Source: Octopus bimaculoides (lineage: Eukaryota). From it: DNA of 51,081 bases. Positions 1 to 12,996 of this stretch are shown here, piece after piece. Position 1 is the stretch's first letter, and each line of letters begins with the position of its first letter. The position numbers and the translations under genes are program-made. The stretch covers positions 62,487,098 through 62,538,178 of the forward strand of contig NC_068985.1 in NCBI RefSeq assembly GCF_001194135.2, in the 5' to 3' direction. The notes beneath the pieces are model-generated. The model worked only from the letters and a program-made list of their open reading frames with translations. It was not told the origin of the DNA and ran no database searches.

Positions 1-420
1 ATTTTAAGGTGTATTGGGTATTTTTGTTTTTGAGGTGATGAATATGATTGGCTAATGTTGTAGATTTACTGTGTTTGTCGTATCTAAAAGAGTGCATATG
101 GGCTGCGTAGCGATGTTTAAAGTTTATAGTTGCACCAATGTACGTGGCAGTAGAGTTATGTAATAGATTTTCACGGTGCATTTATATATTACATTGTATC
201 TTACGCAATGTGTTTGAAGCGGACAGATAGTCCCGGAGCGACAGTTACAAGTGTAGGAGGCTAGAGGGTTGCGTATGCTTGTGGTTGAGTTATTGTTATT
301 GGAGGATATGTTATTAGGGGATTTGTAGGAATCTAGATCAGTGGAATTATTGTTATGGCTATTTGTCCTATCAGTGTTATTATTGGTATTGTTATTGTCT
401 AGAATATTAATGGATTGGGA
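1..420 (-). mobile_element. Penelope-like element remnant, GIY-YIG endonuclease region
   Basis: Minus strand encodes CNCRSGTICPLQTHCVRYNVIYKCTV and, after a frameshift, FKHRYAAHMHSFRYDKHSKSTTLANHIHHLK. Confidence 0.75.
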
Positions 421-479
421 TCCATTGTGGTTTTGTTCTAGGAACCTAGTCAAATCTTTCTTTAAAATACTAGATTCTA

Positions 480-1040
480 ACTTCCCATGACAACACAAAT
501 ACCACTCTATATTCAACAGATCCACTTTAAAGTTATCGTATTCTACCACTCCTAACTTTGAATCTATTATAGCTTTATTACCAAAACCTAAGCAACCGTA
601 ACTATGCTAGCACCAGCACCCGACCCACACATACACCCAACACGGACATCAATATACGTTCTTCTAACACTAACGCTCGTACACTGGAACAATAAAGAAA
701 TAAAAATATTAAACCACTATACACTGATCCCACGCAACAAAGGTCTTCTTGCTCTTAAACACGTTCTCAATCTTTATCCAGATCCTCAACCTGACATCTC
801 TACTCTTGTTCATCCTCTCCCTTAACTGCTTCTCGTTTGTGGGGAATTTTTACCATCAGGTGTCAGGAGTGGCCATGGGATTGAGAATGAGCCCCAACTA
901 TATGAACCTGTATGTTGGCTATATTGAGGCTCAAATATTCTCACAGTTTACTGGTTCTACCGCTCTCCCGTGAACATTTTGACTCCTTCCTCTCCTTTGT
1001 CCAGTCCTTCTACCTGCCCTTGAATTCTCCTGCACTGTCT
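480..1040 (+). mobile_element. Penelope-like element remnant, reverse transcriptase region
   Basis: LLPKPK, LYTLIPRNKGLLALKH and FSFVGNFYHQVSGVAMGLRMSPNYMNLYVGYIE; several frameshifts. Confidence 0.75.
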
Positions 1041-1890
1041 CCAAATCTTCCATTGAATTTCTTTACATTATTATTAGCGTCCACCACTCCACTTAATAGT
1101 GTAACGTTTAAAATTTTAGTTTAAACTAAAGCTTCGATAAGATAAGTATTGCATTTATTTTCAGTAATATTGTTAAATGTTTTTCTTTTGTTTATTGGTA
1201 AAATATATATTTTTATATAAATTCATTTGATATTTATTGTTAGTCGATATATATATACATTCATTTTATTATTATCATTAATGTATTTTGACCCAAAGAT
1301 TAGTTATATTTTTTAATAGAATTGATTTTCGATCGATTTATTTTGAATCGATTTGAATCGATTTGATTTTTATTTTATTTTCTATTTGAAAATGTGGTTA
1401 TGAAACACGTGTAGTCATTTTATTATTTTAATATTTATTNNNNNNNNNNNNNNNNNNNNNNNNNNNNNNNNNNNNNNNNNNNNNNNNNNNNNNNNNNNNN
1501 NNNNNNNNNNNNNNNNNNNNNNNNNNNNNNNNNNNNNNNNNNNNNNNNNNNNNNNNNNNNNNNNNNNNNNNNNNNNNNNNNNNNNNNNNNNNNNNNNNNN
1601 NNNNNNNNNNNNNNNNNNNNNNNNNNNNNNNNNNNNNNNNNNNNNNNNNNNNNNNNNNNNNNNNNNNNNNNNNNNNNNNNNNNNNNNNNNNNNNNNNNNN
1701 NNNNNNNNNNNNNNNNNNNNNNNNNNNNNNNNNNNNNNNNNNNNNNNNNNNNNNNNNNNNNNNNNNNNNNNNNNNNNNNNNNNNNNNNNNNNNNNNNNNN
1801 NNNNNNNNNNNNNNNNNNNNNNNNNNNNNNNNNNNNNNNNNNNNNNNNNNNNNNNNNNNNNNNNNNNNNNNNNNNNNNNNNNNNNNNNNN

Positions 1891-1926
<36 letters not shown>

Positions 1927-1985
1927 TGTATGTATGAATGTATGTATGTATATGTATATATATATACATACATACATACATATAT
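1891..1985. repeat. (TATG)n/(TACA)n microsatellite next to N-gap 1440-1890
   Basis: Direct reading. Confidence 0.95.
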
Positions 1986-3129
1986 GTATAATATACAAAC
2001 ATACATAGTGGAAATCAACTTGTAACCAAATGAAACCACTTTCTAAACTCAATAAATCCTTGTAAACATTCCAAGAGACAGGAAATTCCTGTGCACAAAC
2101 TTTTGGGACGGATAGTGTTGCACATCATTAAACCCACTTTTCAACATAATCAGCTACAAAACCAGTGGCACAACAGTAGTTGAGATGACCAGAAAACACT
2201 GCACTTCAGGTTTCTTTTTATACAAGCTTATCTCCTCCTAGAAGGAAGTTCTAATGAGAACTAGTGATTCTTTGCTCATATACTAATTAACCCATTGCTG
2301 GGACTCTAACAGGTGCTACTACTCTGGGTCAGAGTAGTATGCTCATATCACACCAGCATACACTCTATACTCCACAAGCATAGCTGGGGCAGTTTTCCCT
2401 ATGCAACACTTTTGGGTCTGCTGTAGGCAATATGTGTTTTTTTGTAGGGTCTGGGGAGGGGAATAGAAGGGCCACCCTGGGCGGCACACACGCTAGCTAC
2501 GCTTGTGCTATACTCTTTTTATTTCCTAAGCAAATGAAAACAGAGATTAAATAAAACATGATGAAAATGTTAAGATAAATGAAACTCGTCAACTATTTAA
2601 CTTTATATCAATATTTAAAGTCTATTTTTGTATTCTCATGTAATCATTTATTTGTTCTTTTTTTTTGTTTGAATCTCTTGTTCTCATATTTCAAATTTAT
2701 GAATTATTTTATCTTCTGAGAGGAGACTTCTCCATATTTTTGTGTAGAAATCTATTCCCCCCCCCCCCNNNNNNNNNNNNNNNNNNNNNNNNNNNNNNNN
2801 NNNNNNNNNTTTTTTTTTCAGCGATTTTCTCATTGCATTTTCTTCTATAAATGATTTTATTTTGATAATTGTGAACTGAATGAAAATAAGTATTTATTGT
2901 ACAAAATATGAACCTAAAGTGCCAATGAATTAGGTTTGTTGAGAAAAAAATTATTTCACAAAGTAACATTTATAAAATAATCTACCATAAATAAAGAAAT
3001 ATATGACTAACTTTCCCAACAGCAAATTTGAGATGTGGTTCTTTGGTATTATTGTACAGAAGCATTACCAAATTCTTTACAACTAAATAATTACCTAACT
3101 GATGATTCTTCATTTTTCTGATTGCTCAG

Positions 3130-3332
3130 GTCACATGAAAACAAATCACAGAGTAGATATTTTATATAAGAGCCAAGAAGACTTTCCTGATACAATCCGA
3201 ATGGTTTTAACATCCCCACAAACAAGATTGATGTTAAATTATACAAAAACTTCAGACCAATTCAATATTCCTATACATGTTTTCAACGAGAACCTTAATC
3301 TCTATGACGTTTTGGATTTTGGTGAAACAAAG
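3130..3332 (+). CDS. Metalloprotease exon A, prodomain (HMKTNHRVDILYK...VLDFGETK)
   Basis: ctcag acceptor, aag|gtactt donor, open frame within ORF 3102..3368, phase 0 join to exon B. Confidence 0.7.
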
Positions 3333-3537
3333 GTACTTTTATTATTTTTATATACAATTTTAACGTAAGGAACAAAAACATGAAGTGAGATGTTCTTGGA
3401 GAATTAATATTTGGTTTATCAATGGTTGAGAAAATGGAGAGAAATATAGAAAGAATGAATGACAGAAATTTTTGTTGTAAAAGAATCTACTTGTCAGGGT
3501 GTTTTATGTCTCAGTTACAATCGTCATCGTGGTGGTG

Positions 3538-3573
<36 letters not shown>

Positions 3574-6500
3574 GATTTGCAGATTCACAGAATTGCTAGA
3601 GTGTTGGGAAAACACTTTGGAGTATTTGTTCTGACTGAACTCAAAACCTGCCAAATTCAACTTTTCTTTCCGTCCTTTTGGGTCAATAAAGTACCAGTTA
3701 AGCACTGAAATCAATGGTATCAAATAACCCCTTACCTTAAAATTGTTGGCCTTATCCCTAAATTGAAAATAGTTAAAAGGCAGAATGTTAAGATCTTCAG
3801 CAATCAGGTATTAAGGTGAACAAAGCTGGCTTTTTTCAGAGCAGGTGTAGAGACAGTTTTCTCTATGTAGCTGAGTCTAAGCAACAAAGAAAAACCTCAA
3901 AGCACAAGATCAAAGAGGCTAACAGGAGTTTTATGGACACATTCCATTCATTTCTAAACAGTACTATAGCAACAAAGAGATAGGTTTGGGAGTACTAGAA
4001 GAAAGTGAAAAGTAGAGAAAAATACCAGATAGCTGGAAAGAAAGCAAGGGAAGAGGCAGAAAGGAAGAAAATTCCACATGTTCTGCAACATGTAAATCAT
4101 AGGTGTATATCTAAATAGTGTATATCTAAATAGTGTCCTAAAGAAAATCATCATGATGTTCTTAGAGAGAAGTGTATACGGAATGATAGAAGCACATTTG
4201 CTCTCACTGACATTATAAGAAAGAGGCATGGAAGTGCTATTATGAGGAGCTGCTGAATGTGGAGACTACATGGGAGAAAGTTAAAGAGAGAGTGCCTACC
4301 TCATGTGAACCCAAAACTATGGTTGATAGAATAATAAAGAATATGTAAGTGGAGAAACCAGCTGGACTATCAGTGACAGATACTGGGATGCTTGAAATAT
4401 CTGATGAAGTAGAGTACAAGATTGTCATTTGAATAATAAAGTAATACAGGAAAGTGTTGGACCCAATGACTGGCATTGCAGTATTATTTTAAACTTCCAC
4501 AAGAGCAGGGAGGTGCACAAGAAATAAAGGAAATTTCAGAGACATCAAATTGTTGGGCCAGATTATGAAAGTTACAGCTAGAGTTATTGCAAAACTAATG
4601 GGAGACAGGATTAGTCTAGGTGAGATGCAATCCATCTTTCTCTCAAGAAAAGGTACCAGTGATACCTGCAAAAGAAATATCAAACCAAGAGCAAACCCTT
4701 GTAGCCAGTGTTCATCAGTGTGAAGAAGGTCTTTAACAGAGTCTCTCTGGTGATCACTAAGGAAACTAGGAGTAGATAAATAGCTTATGAGACCCATGCA
4801 AGCCATGTACAGAGATGGTTACTAGTAAAATGAGAGCAAGCAATGAATTTAGTGATGAATTTAGTCTGCAGGAGGGGAGGGTGATCCATCAAGATCCCCT
4901 TCCTATTTATCAGAGACCTCCAAGTCATAACAAGAATTTAAGCCTGGCTGTTCCACTAAGCTGATGACTTAGCTCTTATAGCAGAATCTAAGAGAATTGG
5001 AGGAAAATTTTCAAACATGAAAGTGAAATTTAGAATTGAAGGGTCTTAAAATATAATTAGTGAAAGCAAAAGTGTTAGTAAATAGGAAGGAAGACAAAGC
5101 CCTTATATCATCAGGGAAATAGCAAGGCTCCATTTTCAGAAAAGAAGTCAACAGAAATTCTAACAGACATACAAAAGGTTTAGTGGGATCACAGGCAGGC
5201 TTACAAGAAAGTTAGTGTTTGGCAAATCCATCAGCGACAGTGCAGGCTTGAGAGGAATATTTCAGTGTTGCTGAATGCAAGACAACCTCAAATGTATATA
5301 TATATATATACATATATATATTTATATAAACTTACTTGGAAATGGATGCATGGCATTCAAGTAAACTTACTTGGAAATGGATGTGTGGTGTTCAATAATA
5401 ATATAAATAATATATATCTATGCATATGCATATATGGGTACGGGACATCACCAACAGTAAACAACATGAAATACAAAAACGAATGAGTTCAATACGCAAA
5501 TGATCTGCTATTGGTTAGTCTATTATATATAGGGAGAAAGAAGTAGGTGGTTTGTTAATTACTAAGAATTTCCTAAGTAACGTATCACGTTTTGGTGCAT
5601 GCAGTAGTGTGCATGTAGTTGGTGGTGGTGGTGAAGGAGGGATGAAGGTACACAAGTCTTCTGGTACAGAAGCAAGGCAGAGCCCTGTAGGGGTTTCCGG
5701 TATTGAGAATAGGTTTCTGGTATAGGTGGTGGGGCAGGAAGGGGTGGGAACATCGCAGACAAGCAATGGCCAGTTTACTATTGTTAGGGAGAGAGACATG
5801 GCAACAGTGAGACATAAAGTAAAACAATTAAAAACGAGAGAAAATTTCTTAGCTTAGCTATGTATATTGTGGAACAACAGTGAATCAAGCAGCAGTAGCA
5901 CTTATATTTCCAATGCTACTCACTACCAATAGGGACAACAATTTTAACATGTTTGAATGATGGTTGGATAAAGTGAGATTGTTGAGCCGTTTGAACAGAG
6001 GCATGTTGATGTATGTTGCATCCAAGAGGTAAGGTGGAGAGGAGCTTCAACCAGGTTCCTCACAGGCAAGACATGTAGGTATAAAATCTTCTGAGAAGGT
6101 AACAGTGACAGGGCAGCGGTGTGGGCATACTACTTGCAGAGAAATGGGTCGATAAGATCATAGAGGTAGTTAGAGTAAGTGACAGAGTGCTTAAGCTCAG
6201 GCTAGTCTTGCAGAATAGCATTGCATCAATTATCTCCACCTATACCCTACAAGCGGGCCTACCAAATGAACAGAAGGACCATTTTTATGATATCCTCCTG
6301 CAGGCTACCTCTAAGACAAATTACAAAGATCTCATCTTTGTGGTTGGGAACTTCAATGGGCATGTTGAACAGCAGCCCAGTAATTTCCATGGTGTACATG
6401 GGAGCATGGAATTCGTTCACGAAACAAAGAGGGAATAAGGCTACTGGAGTTTTGTGATGCAAATAACCTATTGATCTGCGACACCAACTTCAGGAAGCTG

Positions 6501-9500
6501 ACCAGCCACCTGATAACCTACCAATCAGGCGGCTATGCCAATCAGATTGATTAGATTCTCACCAGACAGTGGGATGCATGGTTGCTCTTAAAAACAAAGA
6601 CCCTCCCTGGTGAAGAAGATATTACCCAGCATAGACTAGTAGGTAGTGGTTTTAGACTCCAGGCCAGAAAGATATCAAGAAGTAGACCAATCTGGAAAAG
6701 AAGGATGTGGAAGCTTAAGGACCCTTCATCTGCTCAGAGATTTAGGGACATCCTAATTGAGAAATTTGATGAGAGGGAGGATGAGCTACAAACTTGTGAC
6801 ATAGAGAACAACTTGGAATTCCTGCTGGACAGCTTGCTGAGTGCCACAGACCAAATCTGTGGGTAGTGCGGAGTCCCAACCTAGGGTAATGTGGTAGTGG
6901 AAAAATAATGTAGACATGGTCATTAGAGCAAAGAAACAGGCCTGGAAGGACTGGAGGAGTTGGGGTAGCAGAGAACTGTATCAGATAACCAGAAGGGAAG
7001 CTAGGAGACAGGTATATCTAGCCAAGGGAGAAGCAGAAAATAAGAAGTTTGCCTATGTTCAGTGACATGAACTGAAGTGTTTCCGATTGCAAGACAGTGT
7101 ATGAGAGAAGATTGGTGTCATAGGAGAGAAATGTGTCCGCATAGATGATGGTGCACTTGCTTTTAATGATTCTGAAAAGAAAGAGGCTTGGAGAAGCCAT
7201 TATGAAAACTGCTGAACGTGGAGAATGAATGGGAGAAGAAGAGTCTGCCAAATGTCAACCCAATTGAGGGACCAGCTACCCAAATCGACAGTAGCTTGGT
7301 AGATAAATCAGTTAAGGATATGAAGGCAAGGAAAGCCCCCTGGTCTATCATGATTCACTACTGAGATGCTTAAAATATCTGGCAGTGTGGGTTATGGTCT
7401 AGTCACCCATATTGTAAATAGTTAACTGCTACAAAGGTAAAAGTGATGCCTTAGAAATAACTACCGAGGTATCAAGTTGTTGGATCAGGTGAGAGAGAGT
7501 CACAGTCCAACTAGATGAGATGCAGTTTGGTTTTGTGCCACCACTGATGCTATATTTCTGGTACGACAGCTGCAGGAGAAATACTTAGCCAAAGATAAAC
7601 CTCTGTACTTGGCCTTTGTTGACTTGGAGAAAGTCTTTGACAGGGTCTCCCAATCCCTTATCTGGTGGTCAATGCAGAGACTAGGGATTGACAAGTGGTT
7701 CGTGAGAGCTGTACAAGCCATGTACAGAGGTTCTGTCAGTAAGGTGAGGGTTGGTGATGAGTACAGTGAAGAACTCAGGGTATAAGTAGGGGATCACCAA
7801 GGATCGGTGCTCAGCACCCTCTTGTTCATCATTGTCCTCCAAGCAATAACAGAGGAATTTAAGACAGGGCTGCCCCTGGGAGCTCCTCTATGCTGATGAT
7901 TTTGTTCTTATAGCTGAATCACTACCAGAACTAGAAGAAGAAGTTCCAGGTGTGGAAGCAAGGTCTAGAATCAAAGGACCTTAGAGTTAACCTAGCAAAA
8001 ACCAAAGTTTTAGTAAGTAGGAAGGCAGACAAATCACAAATCCCTTCAGGCAGATGGCCCTACTTAATCTGTAGAAAATGTGTAGGTAGAAACTCCATAA
8101 GATGCACCCAGTATAAGCTTTGGACACATAAAAGGTGCAGCAATATCAGTGAAAGGTTAACAGGAAAACTAGCTTTTGTATGTAGAAGATACTTAGGTAC
8201 AATAAACACTGAAAATGTGCAGAAAATAGACTCCATCAACTGTCATTATCTAGGTAACCAAGTTAGTAGTGGAGTCAGGGAGGAGGGCTCCAAGAGCATA
8301 GCTGTGAGAATTAGATTAAGCTGGGCAAAGTTCAGAGAGTTCCTACCTCTGCTGGAAACAAAGGGCCTCTTTCTCAGAGTGAAAGGCAGATAGTATGATG
8401 CCTGTGTGCAAACAGCTATGTTACTTGGCAGTGAAACGTGGCTGTGATAAGCAGAGGCTGGAAAGAAATGAAGCCGATATGCTTCACTGGATGTGCAATG
8501 TCAGTGTGCATGTTTGACAGAATGTAAGCATCTTGAGAGCTAACTGTGGAGGGAACCTGTGGTAGAGGTAGACCCAGAAAGACATGGGACAAAGTGGTGA
8601 AGCATGATCTTTGAACTTTGAGCCTCACAAATGCAATGACTAGTGATTGAGACCTTTGGCAATATACTGTGCTTGAGAAGATCCATCAAGCAAAGTGAAA
8701 TCACAGTCATGGCTGATGTTGGTATCACGTAACTGGCACCCATGCCAGTGGCACCTAAAGAGCACCATTGGAGCATTGGGCTTCATAGAGGCAAAGTGGT
8801 TGAATTCCTTTCAAGAATAGGGCCTCACAGAGGCAAAAGTGGTTGAGTTCCTTTCAAGCATTGGGCCTCACGGAGGCAAAGTAGCTGAGATCCTTTTGAG
8901 TGTTGGGCTTCACAGAGGCAATGACCAAGACCTTTAGTATTATTGTTGTGTTTGAGAAAAAGACCCACCAAGCCAAGCAAAATCGCAGTCATGGCAGATA
9001 CCGGTGTCACATAAATGGCACCCATTACATTCTCAGAGTGGTTGACATTAGAAAGGGCATCCAGCTGTAGAAAACTATGCCAAATCAGAAAACCATATCA
9101 AATCTGGTGCAACCTTCCAGCTTACCAGCCTTGGTCAAAGCATCCTACTCATGGACAACAGACATTAAATGATGATGATGATGACGATGACAACGACAAC
9201 AACGATGATGATGAGGAAGAGGTTCCATGCTTTTACATGGGTTGGGCAGTTTGACAAGGATCTGATGAGTCAAAGTTCTATTTTTGCTATATTTGATTGT
9301 TTTAATGTATTCTAATATAATTATTTATTCCCTTATTAGATGATACTTGATTCATTTACACCCATGAGCATTTGACATGTTTCAGCCTAAGGGCATAAGT
9401 ATATATATATAAGCAATGTTAATTCTCTAAATGAAGTATTAACAGTAACTGCACGATAAAGTGTAGTATATTGCCACTTAAGTGTGGCTGACCCCTAGGG

Positions 9501-12255
9501 GTGGATGTTACTGTTGCTTTTAGCCCCAGGAGGACATCTCTTCCAGCTGGCTTATCGACACACTACTGTGTCCTGTTTGCCAAGGGAAGTTATCCCTCCC
9601 ACANNNNNNNNNNNNNNNNNNNNNNNNNNNNNNNNNNNNNNNNNNNNNNNNNNNNNNNNNNNNNNNNNNNNNNNNNNNNNNNNNNNNNNNNNNNNNNNNN
9701 NNNNNNNNNNNNNNNNNNNNNNNNNNNNNNNNNNNNNNNNNNNNNNNNNNNNNNNNNNNNNNNNNNNNNNNNNNNNNNNNNNNNNNNNNNNNNNNNNNNN
9801 NNNNNNNNNNNNNNNNNNNNNNNCATAAGTATATATATATAAGCAATGTTAATTCTCTAAATGAAGTATTAACAGTAACTGCACGATAAAGTGTAGTATA
9901 TTGCCACTTAAGTGTGGCTGACCCCTAGGGGTGGATGTTACTGTTGCTTTTAGCCCCAGGAGGACATCTCTTCCAGCTGGCTTATCGACACACTACTGTG
10001 TCCTGTTTGCCAAGGGAAGTTATCCCTCCCACACACACAAATCTTATACTTTTTAATTACATTTGAAGGTTTTTTGTATTTTTCTGTATATTTTATTTTA
10101 TTTTATACTCCTATTATATTTATATTTCATACACATAAATTATACATTTTATATCCTATATCTTATATAAAAATCTTCTAAGATAATTTTGCTTCATCTA
10201 GCTCTGAATTTTATTGTGTTTTTAAACATGTTATGTTTATAAAGGGATCTTTCCTGAGATGACCACTGTAGTCTCTAACTTTTCAATGTTATACATACAT
10301 TATGTCATATAGACAAGGATTTTAATTCAGAGCTGCTTCTGTTGAATAATTTGAATAATATAATATATTAAATTATATTATGTTATACTTTTCATATCAT
10401 ATTATATTTATCCCTGCATTTCCTTCTTTATTATCCAGGATTCTCTGATATATGAAGACAAAGTTCATGAGACATTATTAACATTCCACTGCCATAATTT
10501 TGAACCACATTTCAAACAGCCTTGTATGTTTCAGTCAGTTGTAAGTATCTATTTCCAGATATTATTCATGTCAGAACCATTGCATTTCATTTAATAATAA
10601 TAACCCTTCTTATAATATACTATTTTAACCCTACATACTCTTATGTGTCAAGTATTTGTCCATTATTTTTCTTATTCACAATCCACATGAATGGGTCAAT
10701 ACTTATAAATCACTTCTGTACTGCTATCTAGATCCATCTTAAACAGATCAATATTTTAGGTTTAAAAATGAAATTGATTCTAATTTCAGTTTGGAATTTT
10801 TTATTTGGATGGACACCAGCATTTTATTCAGCCTGAAAACTTTGATAAAGAATTATGGAGGCAGGCAACAAGGAAAAACCGAAAGAAAACCTACATTCTT
10901 CCACATAATGTTTATAAAACAGTCAGTTCCCAAAATCATTTTTGCAGCTTGAAAAATTGTAAGTAATAAAATCGCAGTTTAACAAATTCTTATTTTTCTC
11001 CCAGTGAATGTTCGTGGCCTAGTGGTTACGGTGTTCATCTTGCAATCATAAGGTTTTGGGCTTAGTTATTGGAGTGGGTAGTGAGTGGTATCCTTGAACA
11101 AGGCACTTCATTTTATGTTGCTTTCTCCTCAGTTGTAAATACAAAGAGTAAAGTGCTTGCACAACTTTCTCTCCCTCCAGCTATCACATACTGAATGTTC
11201 TACTAGGTATAGGATGGGAGGCCTGAGAAGGTGTCTACTTGCAGCTATGTTGACACCTAAAGCAATTAGTAAAAGCATTGTACATTATTACCAAGTCATA
11301 TCTATCTTGCTCACAAGTGACAGTTGGCTGTATTTTTATCCTACTTCTCTTTCTTATGAAGTACATTCACATACACAGAAAAACATAAAGCATGCTATTA
11401 GTACAATACTAGACTAAAAGATCTATGCACTTCCTCTCCTAGCAAGACACAGCAGTCAATTACCCTACATTATACAACCAACACCAACACTTTTGATAAT
11501 ATAGTTCTGTACACACAATAGGATGGAAGGTTTATAACTAGGATCTGTTTGAATACAGATGTATTTACTTAGTGTTGACCTGAGTTTAACCAACAAGAAC
11601 ATCACAAAACAGCTTGCTAGGATGATAATATACATAGACAGAATGAAATCTAACTTTAAACAGACACACTACAGCTATATTCTCTAGCTCTGTCTTAAAC
11701 AGATCTCAGCAAACTAATTGGCAAAGAGAATTCTAGTTATGGATTGTCTTGAGAAAAGATTGGATAGTCAAGACTATAAAGTTTTTGTTGATGAGTCAGT
11801 TCAATGACAGCATGTCTCAGACTAAACAATAACTGTTGTCCACTCCCTCACTGTTCTAATTACATTACCTGATCTATGTTTCCTCAATAATAGCACACCT
11901 GAAATTAAGAAACTAAAAAGAAATTGTTGTTGTTCTAATTCTTGGTTTCTTTAACTACAAACAGTTTATAATTAAAGATGTTCCAAGCCTTGACTATCTC
12001 AACTTTATTTTTCAGCAATGAACATATTTCTAGTATATCCATGCTTTCTTTTTTTTTTTTTTTTTTATAAAAGACAGTTGTATGTCATGTGAGAAAGATT
12101 TGGCAGCTATTTCTTAAAGTGGCCACTTAGAGGTTGGCTAATTGACTGCTGAGACTGAAACTAATATTGACACAATATACTAGTAATAGTAAACAAATCT
12201 CCCTCAAATCACAATCTGACATCTTAAAGAAATAAGGATACTGTGAATAATGGAG

Positions 12256-12292
<37 letters not shown>

Positions 12293-12962
12293 CACACACA
12301 CACACACACACACGCACACATTATATTATCATCCTAGCAGGCTGTTTTGTGATGTTCTTGTTGGTTAAACTCAGGTCAACACTAAGTAAATACATCTGTA
12401 TTCAAACAGATCCTAGTTATAAAGTATATGTCTGCTATAAAAATATTTGATGTAAAAAAAAAAAATTTTAATAAATTAAAGCTACATTCAATTCAAACAT
12501 TTTCATATTAAATGTAGTTGGAAGTAAAAGTTTATAAGCCCAACTTTTTAAAATATCGCAGTTTTACATAAAAGAAGGTTTGTGTTCTATTTTTAACATC
12601 AAAGTAACCTTGACGTTTCTTTTGTGAGAAAACTATAATCATTGAGAATAAAGGCTAGAACATAAGGGTAGAAATTAGTCATATGGGAACAGTTGAATAT
12701 TTTCATTGACATTGTTCTGAATAACTGAATATGTGAGAAAGCAATAAAACTATGTTGCTGACTCACTGAATATCAAATATCAAAGCTCAGTCAGGTTTTT
12801 ACATTTCAGTGAGTCAGGGTAAACTATTGGTGAATTTGTGTAGTAAGGATTCTAAATGCCTGACCATTGTTAGAAATATACACTGATTCCAATCTATTTG
12901 CACTGAATAATAACAAAGTTGTAACAATGAATCATGCAGTACATAAAACCAATTGATTTCAA

Positions 12963-12996
<34 letters not shown>

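Noticed and set aside
1415-2052. Long ORFs spanning N-runs (also 9501-9846, 41502-41939, 44359-44968)
   Set aside because: Artefacts of gaps being translated as X.
2579-2640. Possible signal-peptide first exon (MKLVNYLTLYQYLKSIFVFS, phase-1 gtaatc donor)
   Set aside because: The phase would fit exon A, but the donor is weak and the peptide is a poor signal sequence; not supportable without cDNA.
9394-10033. Exact 210-bp direct repeat (9394-9603 / 9824-10033)
   Set aside because: Identical copies flank an N-gap, the typical signature of overlapping contig ends rather than a real duplication.
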